From: Meiothermus sp.
Lineage (GTDB): Bacteria; Deinococcota; Deinococci; Deinococcales; Thermaceae
Direction of reading: 5' to 3'
Assembly (NCBI GenBank): GCA_033762915.1
Contig: JANRLD010000115.1
Span: forward strand, 64,001-128,000
DNA: 64,000 nt
Shown: in pieces, positions 42,101 through 52,747 of the stretch
Layout: each line of letters begins with the position of its first letter
Numbering within the stretch: the stretch's first letter is position 1
Program-made: the position numbers and the translations under genes
The notes under the pieces: model-generated
What the model was told of the DNA's origin: nothing
The model's database searches: none
Seen by the model: the letters and a program-made list of their open reading frames with translations, nothing else

Positions 42101-43543
42101 CCCCTCGAACCAGCCCTTCAGGCTCTTGTACAGCTCGCGGTAGCGGCGGTAGGCGGCCTCGAGCCCCAGCCCCGCCTGCGGCTCGGCCACCCGCACGGGC
42201 CTGGGAGCCAACTCCGCCACCGCATTCACGCCAGCATAGACCCCAACCGCCATGCCGCCCAGCAGCGCGGCCCCCCGCGCCGAGGCGGAGGGAACATCGG
42301 TGGCCAGCAGTGGCCGGCCCAGCACGTCGGAGAGCAGTTGCCGCCAGCGCGGGTCGGCGGTTCCTCCGCCTGCCAGTCGGATTTCGGGGATTGCTACGTC
42401 GTTGGCCTCGAGTGCCTCCATGCCCTCTCGGACGGAGAAGGCCACACCCTCGAGGGCCGAGCGCATCAGGTGCCCTCGTCCGTGGTGTAAGCCCAAACCG
42501 GCCCATTCGCCACGGGCGGCAGGGTTCATGTGCGGGGTGCGCTCGCCGGTCAGGAAGGGCAGGAAGGTCAGGCCTTCTGCGCCCGCCGGAACCGCGAAGG
42601 CCTCCTCGTAAGCCTGCTCCCAGCTCAGGCCCAGCACCTTTCGTACCCACTCCAGGGCCAGTCCCGCGTTCTGCATTGCCGCCATCGCGTACCAGCGCCC
42701 CGGCACCGCCCCCCGGTAGAGGTGGGTGCGGAGGGCCAGGTCGACCTTGGGGCGGTCGAGCGGAGCCACCAGCTGCGCCCCGCTGCCCACGCTAAGCTGC
42801 ACTGGGCCGGGGTGGATCAGCCCGGAGCCCAGCATGGCGGCGGCGGTGTCGCCCGCGCCGGTCGCCACCGGAGTACCGGCCCGCAGGCCCAGGTGTCGGG
42901 CGGCCTCGAGGCTCAGCTCCCCCGCCACCGCGCTCGAGGGCTGCAAGGGCGGCAGCAGGTCGCGGCGCAGGCCCAGGGTATCGATCAGGTCGTCGAACCA
43001 GCCGTCGCCCTCGAGGTCGTACAGGAGCGTGGCCGAGGCGTCGGAGGGCTCGGCGCAGACCCGCCCGGTCAGGCACAGGCGCAGCCAGTCCTTGGGTTGC
43101 AAGGCCCAGGCCGCGTTCCAGTAGAGCAGTTCGCGGCTCTGCAGCCACAGCAGGGTCGGCCCGGCCATACCGGTCACGATGGGGTTGCCCAGGCGGCGGC
43201 GCTCGTAGGCGCTGAGCGCACGGTAAAGGTCGAGCTGCAGTGCGCTGCGGGTATCGGCCCACAGCACGGCGTTCCTCAGCGGCATCCCATCGGGCTTGCA
43301 CAGCACCACCCCGTGCATCTGCCCCGACAGCCCGATCGAGCGCACCTCACCCCCGCGCTCCCCCACCGCCTCCTGCACCGCCTCGCCCGCCGCGTGCCAC
43401 CACTCGAGGGGGTCGGTCTCGGCGTACCCCGGTCTGGGAGCCGTCACCGCGTAGGCCCGGCTGGCCTCGCCCAGCACCTGCCCGTCCTCGCTCAAGAGCA
43501 GGGCCTTGAGCGAGCCGGTTCCAAGATCGAGTCCGAGCAGCAT
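42098..43543 (-). CDS. xylB: Xylulokinase (FGGY kinase)
   Basis: MLLGLDLGTGSLK, GLSGQMHG, LWADTR, PFLTGERTP, LEGVAF. Confidence 0.85.
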   Translation of the reverse strand: MLLGLDLGTGSLKALLLSEDGQVLGEASRAYAVTAPRPGYAETDPLEWWHAAGEAVQEAVGERGGEVRSIGLSGQMHGVVLCKPDGMPLRNAVLWADTRSALQLDLYRALSAYERRRLGNPIVTGMAGPTLLWLQSRELLYWNAAWALQPKDWLRLCLTGRVCAEPSDASATLLYDLEGDGWFDDLIDTLGLRRDLLPPLQPSSAVAGELSLEAARHLGLRAGTPVATGAGDTAAAMLGSGLIHPGPVQLSVGSGAQLVAPLDRPKVDLALRTHLYRGAVPGRWYAMAAMQNAGLALEWVRKVLGLSWEQAYEEAFAVPAGAEGLTFLPFLTGERTPHMNPAARGEWAGLGLHHGRGHLMRSALEGVAFSVREGMEALEANDVAIPEIRLAGGGTADPRWRQLLSDVLGRPLLATDVPSASARGAALLGGMAVGVYAGVNAVAELAPRPVRVAEPQAGLGLEAAYRRYRELYKSLKGWFEG

Positions 43544-43711
43544 ATTCGAGGCAAAGCATACCGCGCTTTGCTCGGAAAGCTGCGATTGTGCGCGGGCAGA
43601 GGGCCAGAAGCGACCCCAGCACCACCGCCCGCCCCAAGCCCGTGGGGGACCTTGACCCCCCGTCAGCGGCCCCACAGCCCGGCCTCCGACCCGGCTCCTA
43701 CCATCGACCCC

Positions 43712-44845
43712 ATGACGTTGCTGCCCACGGGCGTGCTCTGGGTCTGGCTGCTGGGCCTGCTGAGCCTGGGGCTCATGGGTGGGGGCGGCTATCTGGTCTA
43801 CGGGTGGTACGAGGGGGCCCTGGCGGCTACCGGTCACCTGGCCGCCGGGCTGCTAATGCTGGGACTGGCCCTGCTGGGCCGCCCGTTGGTGCTGCTGTGC
43901 TTCCGCCCCGACCCCGACCCGCCGCGCCACGCCAGGGTCGGGGAGTTCCGCGAGATGCTGCGCCCCGACGGGACCCGCCTGCACGCCGAGGTGAGCGGCC
44001 CCGAGGGCGCGCCCGTGCTGGTCTTCACCCACGGCTGGGGCAACGACGCCACCCAGTGGTACTACAGCCGGCGCTCGCTCTGCAAGGACTACCGCGTCAT
44101 CACCTGGGACCTGCCGGGACTGGGCCGTTCGGAGCCGAGGCGCGACCGCGACTACCGCCTCGAGCGTATGGCCGACGACCTCGAGGCCGTGCTCTCGGCG
44201 GCCGGGGGCCGCCCGGCCTACCTGGTGGGCCACTCCATCGGCGGGATGATCAGCCTGACACTCTGTAGGCTGCTGGGCAAGCGCCGGGGCAGGAAGGTGG
44301 CGGGCCTGGTACTGGCGCACACCACCCCGGCCAACCCCGTCCGAACGGCCCTGTTCTCCCCCCCGCTGCGCCGCCCGCTAGGCCCGCTGCTGGTGCCGCT
44401 GTGCTACCTAATGATCTCCCTCGCACCGCTGGTTTGGCTGGGCAACTGGCTGGCCTACCACAACGGCTCGCTGCACCTCCAAACCCTCCTCAGCGGCTTC
44501 AGGCAGCCCTCGAGGGCCGAGCTGGATTTCGCCGCCCGCTTCAGCGCGCGGGCCTGGCCGGGGGTGGTGGCACGGGGGATGCTGGGCATGTTGCGCTACG
44601 ACCTGACCGAAGACCTCAGGCACATCCGCATCCCCGCCCTGGTGATCGCGGGCAGCCACGACCCCCTGCTCCCGCCTTCCCGCAGCGCCCGCGTACTGGC
44701 CAAGCTGCTCCCCAAAGCCCGCTACGCCGAACTCGAGGGGGCCAGCCACAACGGCTTCATGGAGCAGCACTACCGCTTCGACCTGCTGGTGACGGAGTTC
44801 GTGAAACAGACCGAGAGCAGGCCCAGCACGCGCACGCTGAACTGA
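43712..44845 (+). CDS. Membrane-anchored alpha/beta hydrolase
   Basis: Two N-terminal TM segments; FTHGWG, DLPGLGRS, GHSIGG; start ATG 43712. Confidence 0.8.
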   Translation: MTLLPTGVLWVWLLGLLSLGLMGGGGYLVYGWYEGALAATGHLAAGLLMLGLALLGRPLVLLCFRPDPDPPRHARVGEFREMLRPDGTRLHAEVSGPEGAPVLVFTHGWGNDATQWYYSRRSLCKDYRVITWDLPGLGRSEPRRDRDYRLERMADDLEAVLSAAGGRPAYLVGHSIGGMISLTLCRLLGKRRGRKVAGLVLAHTTPANPVRTALFSPPLRRPLGPLLVPLCYLMISLAPLVWLGNWLAYHNGSLHLQTLLSGFRQPSRAELDFAARFSARAWPGVVARGMLGMLRYDLTEDLRHIRIPALVIAGSHDPLLPPSRSARVLAKLLPKARYAELEGASHNGFMEQHYRFDLLVTEFVKQTESRPSTRTLN

Positions 44846-44932
44846 GAGCGGTTCCCACGCATACTCCCTACAGCGGTTCTTGCTGGAGGGAGTACATTAT
44901 CTGCCGCACAGGAGGGAATGCTGGAACGCGAT
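44842..44932 (+). repeat. Three-stem intergenic repeat, subtype B
   Basis: CTGAGAGCGGTTCCCACGCATACTCCCTACAGC...GGGAGTACATTA; begins at the hydrolase TGA. Confidence 0.75.
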
Positions 44933-45046
44933 GAGGCGGGAGGCGGAAGGTAAAACCAAGCTCCTTTTCGTGCTAAACTCTTTCCTTGCGCGGCACAGCC
45001 GACGCGAACGGTCTGGCTCGAGAATCCCTCTCGTAAGCCAAGGAGC

Positions 45047-46378
45047 GTGATCGAGATAAAGACGAGCATCATAACCTACGGCTGTCAGATGAACGAGTAC
45101 GACACCCACCTGGTCAAAAGCGAGCTGGCCAGCCTGGGCGCCGAGTTCGTGGAGGGCTGGCAGGAGGCCGAGTTCGTGCTGGTGAACACCTGCGCGGTGC
45201 GCGGCAAGCCGGTCGAGAAGGTGGTGACCCTGCTGGGCGAGTTGCGCAAGGCCAAGGCCAGCCGGCCCCTCACGGTGGGGATGATGGGCTGCCTGGCCCA
45301 GCTCGAGGAGGGCCAGCAACTGGCCCGGAAGTTCGAGGTGGACGTGCTGCTGGGGCCGGGCGCGATTACGGAGATCGGGAAGGCGCTGGAAGCCAAGAGC
45401 AAGTTCTGGGACCTGAGCTTCCGCGACGAGCTGACCCACCACCTGCCCCCCGCCCCAACCGGCACACTCTCGGCCTTCGTGAGCATCATCCGGGGTTGCA
45501 ACCACCACTGCACCTATTGCATCGTGCCGACGACGCGGGGGCCGGAGGTCAGCCGTCACCCCGACTTGATCTTGCAGGAAACCCGCCAGCTCCACGCGGC
45601 GGGCGTGGTTGAAGTCACCCTGCTGGGCCAGAACGTCAACTCGTACGGCAACGACCAGGAGGGCTTCCCCAAGTTCGGCGAGCTGCTGCGCCAGGTGGGC
45701 AAGATCGGCATCCCTCGCATCAAGTTCACCACCTCGCACCCGGTCAATTTCACCGATGAGGTCATCGCCGCGATTGCCGAGACCTCCCAGGTGTGCCGCT
45801 ACATCCACCTGCCGGTGCAGTCCGGCTCCAACCGGGTGCTGCGGCGGATGGCCAGGGAATACCGCCGCGAGTGGTATCTCGATCGCATCCGCGCCATCCG
45901 GGCGGCCATCCCGGACGTGGTGCTCTCCACCGACATTATCGTGGGCTTCCCCGGCGAGACCGAGGAGGACTTCCAGCAGACCCTCTCGCTCTACGAGGAG
46001 GTCGGCTACGACTCGGCCTACATGTTCATCTACTCGCCGCGCAAGGGAACGCCCAGCTACAAGCACTTCCAGGACTTGCCCCGGGAGGTCAAGGTCGAGC
46101 GGCTCCAGCGCCTGATCGAGGTGCAGAAGAAGTGGAGCCTCCTTCGCAACCAGCGCTGGGTCGGCCAGACCATGCAGGTCCTGATCCGCGGGGCCGCCGG
46201 AACCGAGGGCTTCAGCGAGGGCCACACCTGGGGCAACCACCCCATCGTGCTACCCGCCGCCCAGGCCCCCACACCGGGGCTCTACCAGGCCCTCATCAAG
46301 CAGGCCACCCCCCACATGCTCTTCGGCGAGGTCGCGGGCACCGAGCAGCCCGCCACAATCCCGCTGATGATGGCTTGA
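45047..46378 (+). CDS. miaB: tRNA-2-methylthio-N6-dimethylallyladenosine synthase
   Basis: [16 protein letters not shown], radical [30 protein letters not shown]. Confidence 0.96.
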   Translation: MIEIKTSIITYGCQMNEYDTHLVKSELASLGAEFVEGWQEAEFVLVNTCAVRGKPVEKVVTLLGELRKAKASRPLTVGMMGCLAQLEEGQQLARKFEVDVLLGPGAITEIGKALEAKSKFWDLSFRDELTHHLPPAPTGTLSAFVSIIRGCNHHCTYCIVPTTRGPEVSRHPDLILQETRQLHAAGVVEVTLLGQNVNSYGNDQEGFPKFGELLRQVGKIGIPRIKFTTSHPVNFTDEVIAAIAETSQVCRYIHLPVQSGSNRVLRRMAREYRREWYLDRIRAIRAAIPDVVLSTDIIVGFPGETEEDFQQTLSLYEEVGYDSAYMFIYSPRKGTPSYKHFQDLPREVKVERLQRLIEVQKKWSLLRNQRWVGQTMQVLIRGAAGTEGFSEGHTWGNHPIVLPAAQAPTPGLYQALIKQATPHMLFGEVAGTEQPATIPLMMA

Positions 46379-46485
46379 CAGCGGTTCCCACCATTACGCC
46401 TCACGCGGTGATGCGCTGAAGCGGGCGTAATGTACCCCGCACATCCGAGTCTCTGCGCGCGTGGTATTCGTGGGAATCGCTGTGA
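46376..46485 (-). repeat. Three-stem intergenic repeat, subtype C
   Basis: Terminal inverted repeat ACAGCGGTTCCCAC / GTGGGAATCGCTGT; abuts the miaB TGA. Confidence 0.75.
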
Positions 46486-46512
46486 GGGGCGATCAAACCA
46501 CCACACGCCGCC

Positions 46513-47421
46513 TTAGGTCGCCTCTCGAGCCCCCGACTCTGCTGTTGCGGGTGGGCTCGAGCGAATCTTCCCCAGCGTGTTGACGATCACCACCCCCACC
46601 AGCGCTACCGCACCGCCGATAAAGTCCAGCCTGGTGGGCACCTCGCCCAGCCAGAAAAAGGCGATCAGGGTGGCCAGAACCGGGTTGATGTAGAGGAAGC
46701 TGGTCACCCTCGAGGCCGGAACCTTGGACAGCGCGTAGTTCCAGGTCAGATACGAAAGTCCGCCGGGCAGCACCCCCAGGTAAATCACGGCCCAAAAAGC
46801 CTGCGGCGAGGCCGACTGCACCTCGCCGACCAGGCCCGGCCAGAAGACCAGCAGCGGCAGGGTTCCGGCCCAGATCGAGTAGGCGGTGAAGCGGAGCGGG
46901 CCGTACTTCTGCACGACCCCGCGCTGGAAGACGAAGTAGATCGAGGTGACGAAGGCCGCCAGCAGGACCAGCAGGGCACCGGCCTCGAGGTGGAGCCCCC
47001 CCTTGTGCCCAGCCGCGATCATCGCCGCTCCCGAGAAAGCCACCCCCGTCCCCAGCCAGCCCAGCGCCGAGAGGCGTTCTTTGAGGAAGAGCAGCGAGAG
47101 TAGCGCGGTGATCACCGGCCCGCAGGCGATCAGCAGTGCGGCCGGCCCAGCCTGCACCGTGACCTGCCCGTAGTTGAGCGCGGTGTGGTAGCAGGTGATA
47201 CCCAGGAACCCCAGCCCGAAGATCGGTAGCCAGTCGCGCCGCTCCGGCAGCGGCATCCGCACCACCACAGCGTACGCCAGCAGCGTCGCCGAGGCCGCCA
47301 GAAAGCGCAGGAGCGTCAGGTGACCCGGGCTAAACTCGAGCAGCCCGGCCCGGATTCCCGCGAAGGCCGAGGCCCAGGGGACCAGGGTCAGCAAGATCGC
47401 CAGCAATGCCCGAGAGTCCAT
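46513..47421 (-). CDS. DMT/EamA family transporter
   Basis: Ten-TM pattern, LRFLAA, FLKER, WLGE; leaderless (TAGAAT 6 nt upstream). Confidence 0.9.
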   Translation of the reverse strand: MDSRALLAILLTLVPWASAFAGIRAGLLEFSPGHLTLLRFLAASATLLAYAVVVRMPLPERRDWLPIFGLGFLGITCYHTALNYGQVTVQAGPAALLIACGPVITALLSLLFLKERLSALGWLGTGVAFSGAAMIAAGHKGGLHLEAGALLVLLAAFVTSIYFVFQRGVVQKYGPLRFTAYSIWAGTLPLLVFWPGLVGEVQSASPQAFWAVIYLGVLPGGLSYLTWNYALSKVPASRVTSFLYINPVLATLIAFFWLGEVPTRLDFIGGAVALVGVVIVNTLGKIRSSPPATAESGAREAT

Positions 47422-47506
47422 CCGGCGATTCTACGGCAGGACACAGGCTTTGGGGAAGGAAAACCAAAGGCGAGGATCAGCGGTCGCAGGTTACGGCAGT
47501 TGTCGA

Positions 47507-48202
47507 TTAGAACCTGTACGAAAACGACACGCTGAACAGGGTGTTGGCCCGCAGGGTGGCGTTGCGGGCGTCGGGGGGCAGGAACAGGGCGCTAATCTCG
47601 GGGGAGATGGTGAAGCGCTCGCCCAGCTTGGCGTTGACCCCGATGGTGGCCCCGGGGTTAAGGCGGGGGCCGGAGCAGCTCAGGGCGTTGGTACCCTGGC
47701 AGAGGAGGTAGGTGTAGAGGCGCGGCCCGGCGTAGCCCCTGGCGGTCTCGAGGGGAATCTGGAAGAAGTAGCCCAGGTCCAAGGCGACGCCGCTCGAGAT
47801 GTAGGTGGTGAGCTGGCTGGTGCCGCCAGTGTAGAGCCAGTAGTCGGCCGCCTCGTAGGCCAGGTTGAGCGAGGCCACCAGACCGGCCAGATCGCCCTCG
47901 CCCACGTAGGAGCCCCGCATGAACACCCCGGTGCGCGGCGGCACCTTCAGCTCGAAGCCCAGCGGGCCGTTGGTCACCTCGAAGCCAAAGCCGATCGAGT
48001 CGACCTTAATCCCCATGGCGACCTCGCCCGGCTTGCTGACTCTGGCCGAGGCCAGGGTCGAGATGAAAACCGGGGCGGCGCTCTGTGGCGAGGGAACATT
48101 AGGCCCGCCGGGTGAGGAGCCGACCGGGGCCAGCGCGGAGGGCGCGCAGGCCGCGAACAACAGACCAAAACCGATGAGGGCAATACGCGAGGAAGTCTTC
48201 AT
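47507..48202 (-). CDS. Lipoprotein with outer-membrane beta-barrel-like C-terminus
   Basis: ATG 48202 gives MKTSSRIALIGFGLLFAA-C; amphipathic strands ending FSVSFSYRF. Confidence 0.65.
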   Translation of the reverse strand: MKTSSRIALIGFGLLFAACAPSALAPVGSSPGGPNVPSPQSAAPVFISTLASARVSKPGEVAMGIKVDSIGFGFEVTNGPLGFELKVPPRTGVFMRGSYVGEGDLAGLVASLNLAYEAADYWLYTGGTSQLTTYISSGVALDLGYFFQIPLETARGYAGPRLYTYLLCQGTNALSCSGPRLNPGATIGVNAKLGERFTISPEISALFLPPDARNATLRANTLFSVSFSYRF

Positions 48203-48363
48203 GCCCTTAAAGTAGCACCTCGGCCTGGGATGTTCCGCCCGTAACGCCCCGGAGTAACTGTAATCTGCGACGGGCCTCGGAGGGCGGCACAAAACAGCGG
48301 CACCCAGCACAGGGCTTGCGCGCGTGCGGGAGCCGTCGCTGCGCGCGCCGTCTTTTGCCGGGT

Positions 48364-49272
48364 TTACCTTAGGGGTATCCGGTAGGCATATACCACCTCG
48401 TTGCCCCGCCTCTGCCCTATCCAAAGCGCCTCGAGGCTCCCCGCCAGCGAGGTGTTGAAGCTGATCGGGCCGTTGAGGGCCTGCCAGAAGCGGGGCTGCT
48501 CGCCCAGGGCAAGGTTGAACTGGCCTGCGGGCAGGCTCAAGGACACCACCCGCCCAGCCACAGTGCTGACCTCGAGCCTGGTCCGAATCTGCAGGCCGCG
48601 CTCGCCCGGCTTGGTGTTCCACCAAGTCTGGCCATCGAAGAGGCCATAGCGCACGCTGGCGCCAGGGGGCAGCTCGAGCCGGGCGTTGATGGGCGGGTTG
48701 AGGCGCTGGTAGAGCCCGCTGCCCAGGAAGATCCCCACCGTTCCCGACGCATTGCCGCTGAGCACCAGCACGTCGCGCTGCACCTGAGCGGGGCTGCTGC
48801 CGATGCTTGCCTCGAATAGCCGTCCGATGAAGTTTTGCACCACCATCACCTTGTTGCCCTGCCGCACGAAAGCCACACCCAGGTGGGTGTACTCGGGCTC
48901 GAGCATGTTCTTGCGATGGGGCGGGCTATTCATCCAGCCCACCACCGAGCGCCGCGGCAGCTCGGCGTCCTGGTAGTTCTCGAAGGAGGCCAGGTTCTCG
49001 CCGGTGGTCACGTCCATCACCCCGGCTTGCCGCATCCGCCAGGCCGCGTCGCGCCCCTCGGGGTTGAGGTGGGCAAAAAAGTTCCGCCGCAGCATGTCCG
49101 CCGCGTGGCCGAGGGCGGCCTTGTAGGCGGTGTGGTCCCACTGCAGGGCCCGCAGGCCGCGCTGTATACGCTCCTGATTGGTGCGCTGCAAAACCTCGAG
49201 TTCCAAGTCACTCTGAGCGAGGGCCATAGAGGTTAACGCGACGAAGAGCAAGAACCAGCGCATCTTCATCAT
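48364..49272 (-). CDS. Secreted CAP (SCP-like) domain protein
   Basis: Signal peptide; TNQER, HAADM, FAH, GENLA, WMNSPPHRKNML. Confidence 0.88.
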   Translation of the reverse strand: MMKMRWFLLFVALTSMALAQSDLELEVLQRTNQERIQRGLRALQWDHTAYKAALGHAADMLRRNFFAHLNPEGRDAAWRMRQAGVMDVTTGENLASFENYQDAELPRRSVVGWMNSPPHRKNMLEPEYTHLGVAFVRQGNKVMVVQNFIGRLFEASIGSSPAQVQRDVLVLSGNASGTVGIFLGSGLYQRLNPPINARLELPPGASVRYGLFDGQTWWNTKPGERGLQIRTRLEVSTVAGRVVSLSLPAGQFNLALGEQPRFWQALNGPISFNTSLAGSLEALWIGQRRGNEVVYAYRIPLR

Positions 49273-49326
49273 CGTAAGCCAGAGGGTAGCGCGCCTGGGT
49301 TTACCTGGGGTAAGCCGCCGTTCATT

Positions 49327-49358
49327 AAAAAAGCCCCGCAGCTTTGCGCTGCGGGGCT
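49327..49358 (-). terminator. Intrinsic terminator
   Basis: Minus strand AGCCCCGCAGC-GCAAA-GCTGCGGGGCT-TTTTT. Confidence 0.8.
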
Positions 49359-49395
49359 GCTTAGACCGAACCGACAGAGGCTAAGCGCTGAGGGC

Positions 49396-49434
49396 TTAGG
49401 CCGAAACCACCTCGACGTTGGGTTTTTGACTCAC
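49396..49434 (-). CDS. Putative 12-aa micro-peptide MSQKPNVEVVSA
   Basis: Perfect SD AAGGAGGTGA 4 nt before GTG; TATACT -10 at 49455-49460; terminator downstream. Confidence 0.55.
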   Translation of the reverse strand: MSQKPNVEVVSA

Positions 49435-49523
49435 GCTATCACCTCCTTGACAGGAGTATACGCCACCGGGCAAAAATAAAGGTGGAAAAAAACCCGATTC
49501 CCCCGAAGCAGGGTAACGGCCCC

Positions 49524-50363
49524 TCACCCCTTAACCGCCCCCTCGAGGCCCCGCATAAACAGCCGCTGGGCCGCAAAAAAGATGACAAGCACCGGAAGCA
49601 TCATGATCATCGCACCCGCCGCCACGTTGAACACGTCGTAGTTAAACTGCCCCTTTAGCTTGAGGATGGCCACCGACATCGGCAACAGCTTGTCGTTGGT
49701 CAGGAGCGCCACCGAGGGCCAGAAGTAGGCGTTCCAGGTGCCCACCAGCGTGAAGATGCCCAGCGCGGTCAGCGAGGGCACCGAGAGGGGGATCATGATC
49801 CGGGTCAGGATCTGCAGCTCGCCAGCCCCGTCGATGCGGGCCGCTTCCATCAGGGTCGAGGGGATTGCCATGTAGGCTTGGCGCATCACGAAAATGCCGA
49901 AAGCGGTTGCGATCAGCGGCAGCACCACCCCCCAGTAGGTGCCGAGGATGCCGAGTTGGTTCAGCAGGATCACCTTGACGATGAAGGTGGTCTCGTCGGG
50001 CAGCACCAAAGTGGCGATGATGACGCTGAACAGGATGCCCTTGCCGGGGAAGTTGAGCCGGGCCAGCGGGTAGGCGGCCAGCGACGAGACGACGAGGGTG
50101 CCCACCACGGTCATCGCGGTGATGATCACCGAGTTGAGGAAGCTCTGCCCCAGGTTGAGCTTCTCAAAGACCTCCACGAAGTTCCCGAGTGTCACGGCGG
50201 GCGGAAAGAGGCTGGCCGGGAAGTCGTAGATGGAGATGCCGCTGGCCCTCTTGTCGGTGATGGAAATCGCCAGCGTCCACAAGAAGGGGAAGACCGCGAA
50301 GCCCAGGATGACCAGCATGACGAGGTAGCTCGAGGCCACCCCCAACGCCTTGCGCCAGTTCAT
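49524..50363 (-). CDS. Carbohydrate ABC transporter permease
   Basis: EAARIDGAG EAA loop, WNAYFWP. Confidence 0.92.
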   Translation of the reverse strand: MNWRKALGVASSYLVMLVILGFAVFPFLWTLAISITDKRASGISIYDFPASLFPPAVTLGNFVEVFEKLNLGQSFLNSVIITAMTVVGTLVVSSLAAYPLARLNFPGKGILFSVIIATLVLPDETTFIVKVILLNQLGILGTYWGVVLPLIATAFGIFVMRQAYMAIPSTLMEAARIDGAGELQILTRIMIPLSVPSLTALGIFTLVGTWNAYFWPSVALLTNDKLLPMSVAILKLKGQFNYDVFNVAAGAMIMMLPVLVIFFAAQRLFMRGLEGAVKG

Positions 50364-51268
50364 CGCTCCCCCCTGTCCTCGCGGGTCAGGCGAAAGTTGA
50401 GATAGGAGAGCGCCAGGCCCACGACGGCAATCAGCAGGCCCGCCGCGCTGGCCTTGCCGTAGTCGAAGTCCAGGCCCAGGCTCTTGTTGTAGACGTAGAG
50501 CAGGGCGGTATAGGTGGAGTTAAGCGGCCCACCGGTGCCATTGGTGAAGACCAGGATCTCCTCGAGCACCCGCAGCGCGGCGATAGTGGAGAGCAGGCTG
50601 CACAGCAGGATGGTGGGGCGCATCAGCGGCACGATGATCAGCCAGAAACGCTGCCAAGCAGTGGCTCCGTCGAGGGTGGCGGCCTCCTCGAGTTCGCCCG
50701 GAATGCTCTGCAACCCGGCCAGATACAGCACCATGTAGTAGCCGAAGCCGCGCCAGAAGGTCACCAGCATGATCGCCCACAGCGCGGTGTTCTCGTTCAG
50801 GAGCCAGCTAAAGCGGTTATCCCAGTTTATGAGGTTGAGCAGCTCGAGCGACCAGTTTAGAAATCCGTCCTTCTGAAAGATCCATTCCCACATCACTGCG
50901 GCCAGCGTGATCGAGGTCACCACCGGGACGTAGTATCCCGCCCGGAAGAAGGGCATGAAGGGGAGTTTCTGGTTGACCAGCACCGCCACCGCCAGCGCGG
51001 CGATCTGCAAAATCGGCACCACCAGCAGGTACTTGAGCGAGTTGAGCACCCCGGTCTGGAACAGCGGGTCGTTCAGCACGTACTCGATGTTCTGGAGCCC
51101 CACCCACCTCGGCGGCTCGCCCGAGCCGAGGTTGGCTGCGGTGTACTCGGTAAAGGCCAGATAGGCCCCGTAAAGGAGCGGGTAGAACAGGAACAAGCCC
51201 ATCAGAACCAGGGCCGGGGCCAGGAAGGCGTAGGCCAGAAGGGCAGTGAACTGGGCTTGGCGTCTCAT
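50360..51268 (-). CDS. Carbohydrate ABC transporter permease
   Basis: WVGLQN, YLAGLQSIP, EAATLDGA. Confidence 0.92.
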   Translation of the reverse strand: MRRQAQFTALLAYAFLAPALVLMGLFLFYPLLYGAYLAFTEYTAANLGSGEPPRWVGLQNIEYVLNDPLFQTGVLNSLKYLLVVPILQIAALAVAVLVNQKLPFMPFFRAGYYVPVVTSITLAAVMWEWIFQKDGFLNWSLELLNLINWDNRFSWLLNENTALWAIMLVTFWRGFGYYMVLYLAGLQSIPGELEEAATLDGATAWQRFWLIIVPLMRPTILLCSLLSTIAALRVLEEILVFTNGTGGPLNSTYTALLYVYNKSLGLDFDYGKASAAGLLIAVVGLALSYLNFRLTREDRGER

Positions 51269-51375
51269 AAGACTATAGGGCGGGGAAAGAGAAAAGAGAA
51301 AGGGGGAAAGAGGTGGCGTAGTGCGTCTGATTCACCCATTCTCCTTTCTCCTTCCTCCTTCCTCGCATTTACGAA

Positions 51376-52620
51376 CTACTTAGCGTTCGCGTTCCAGAAG
51401 GTCACGGCGTCGTCGAGGGCCTGCTTGGCGGTCTTGCGGCCCAGGAAGGCGGCCTCGATATTGTCGTTGAAGTTCTTGTACACGTCGTCGGTGTTCTTGG
51501 GGGGCTTGAAGCCGGGGTTGATCAGGCGGCCGGAGCTCGAGTTCATGCCCTTGCCGATCTCGAGGGGGTCGTTGCCCTTGGCCCTGAGGCCGGGGTCGCG
51601 CTCCGAGCCGGCGGCGGTGGAGACGATGGGCACCACGTTGGCGAACTTGACCTGGTTGGTGCGGTTGGAGACAAATAGGGCCAGTTTGGCGGCAGCCACG
51701 CGGTTCTTGGAGGCCACCGGGATCACCAGGCTCATCGCGCCGCCGGTCTGGATGCCGGCCTTGCCCAAGGGGGCGGCCATGATCTTGGTCTTGGCATAGA
51801 GGTCGGGGTTGGCCTCTTTGACCCGGTTGAGGGTGGTGGGGGCGCCGACCACGATGGCGCTCTTGCCCTGGCTGTACAGCTCGTTGGAGAGCTGGAAGGC
51901 CTCCTTGCGCAGCAGCTCCTGCGGGATCACGTCGGCCTTCATGGCGTCCACGTACTGCTGGAGCAGGGCGACGTGGGCAGGGCTGTTAAAGTTGGCCTTG
52001 CCGTCCTTGTCGTAGATCGAGAGGCCCTCGAGGAAGAAGCGGCCCAAGAAGCTGGCCCCGTTGGGGTCCTTGACCGAGGGCAGCCAGCCGTAGGCGCCGG
52101 TGGCCTGCTTGATCTTGGCCGAGGCGGCCAGCAGGTCGTTGGTGTTCTTGATGGTGGCGGGGTTTATGCCAGCTTTCTGCAGCAGCTCAGGGTTGTACAT
52201 CATCACGCCCTGGTCCAGCCAGCCGTACCAGGGAAGCCCGTAGACCTGCCCCTCGGTCACGAACATGTCCAGCACGTTGGGGTAGTAGAGCTGGTTGAGC
52301 ACACCCCGGTTGACCACCTGGGTGATGGGCAGCAGGATCTTGTTCTGCGCCCCGGCGAAGGTGGAGTCCTGCCACAGGTTCACCACGTCGGGGGCCTTGC
52401 CCAGCGCGATGGAGGCGGTCAGGTCGCGCTCCATGGTGTCCTGCTTGTCCACCCACTTCACGGTGATGCCAGGGTTGGCCTTTTCAAAGTCGGCGATGGT
52501 GCTCTTGATGTAGTTGTCGAAGTTCGGGCTCAGGTAGTACGTCCAGAACTCGAGCTGGGTCTGGGCGAAGGCACTCAGCGAGAACGCCATCACCCCTGCG
52601 GCTAGAAGTTTCTTAAGCAT
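51376..52620 (-). CDS. Carbohydrate ABC transporter substrate-binding protein
   Basis: Signal peptide, LEFWT, FEKANPGITV, YGLPWY; SD GAGGAGG. Confidence 0.9.
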   Translation of the reverse strand: MLKKLLAAGVMAFSLSAFAQTQLEFWTYYLSPNFDNYIKSTIADFEKANPGITVKWVDKQDTMERDLTASIALGKAPDVVNLWQDSTFAGAQNKILLPITQVVNRGVLNQLYYPNVLDMFVTEGQVYGLPWYGWLDQGVMMYNPELLQKAGINPATIKNTNDLLAASAKIKQATGAYGWLPSVKDPNGASFLGRFFLEGLSIYDKDGKANFNSPAHVALLQQYVDAMKADVIPQELLRKEAFQLSNELYSQGKSAIVVGAPTTLNRVKEANPDLYAKTKIMAAPLGKAGIQTGGAMSLVIPVASKNRVAAAKLALFVSNRTNQVKFANVVPIVSTAAGSERDPGLRAKGNDPLEIGKGMNSSSGRLINPGFKPPKNTDDVYKNFNDNIEAAFLGRKTAKQALDDAVTFWNANAK

Positions 52621-52747
52621 ATTTCCTCCTCACAGGATTGCTAACGGGCGGCTGCCCGATAAGCCAAGGTTAGGGAAGCGGGATCGGGGCACGGCATATA
52701 AGGGCAGTAAGAAGCAGCTGCGTTCACTGTCCTCCGTTCCCCCTGAT

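Noticed and set aside
42530..43711. N-terminal extension of the 771-aa ORF 42530-44845
   Set aside because: It overlaps xylB antisense; the credible hydrolase starts at ATG 43712.
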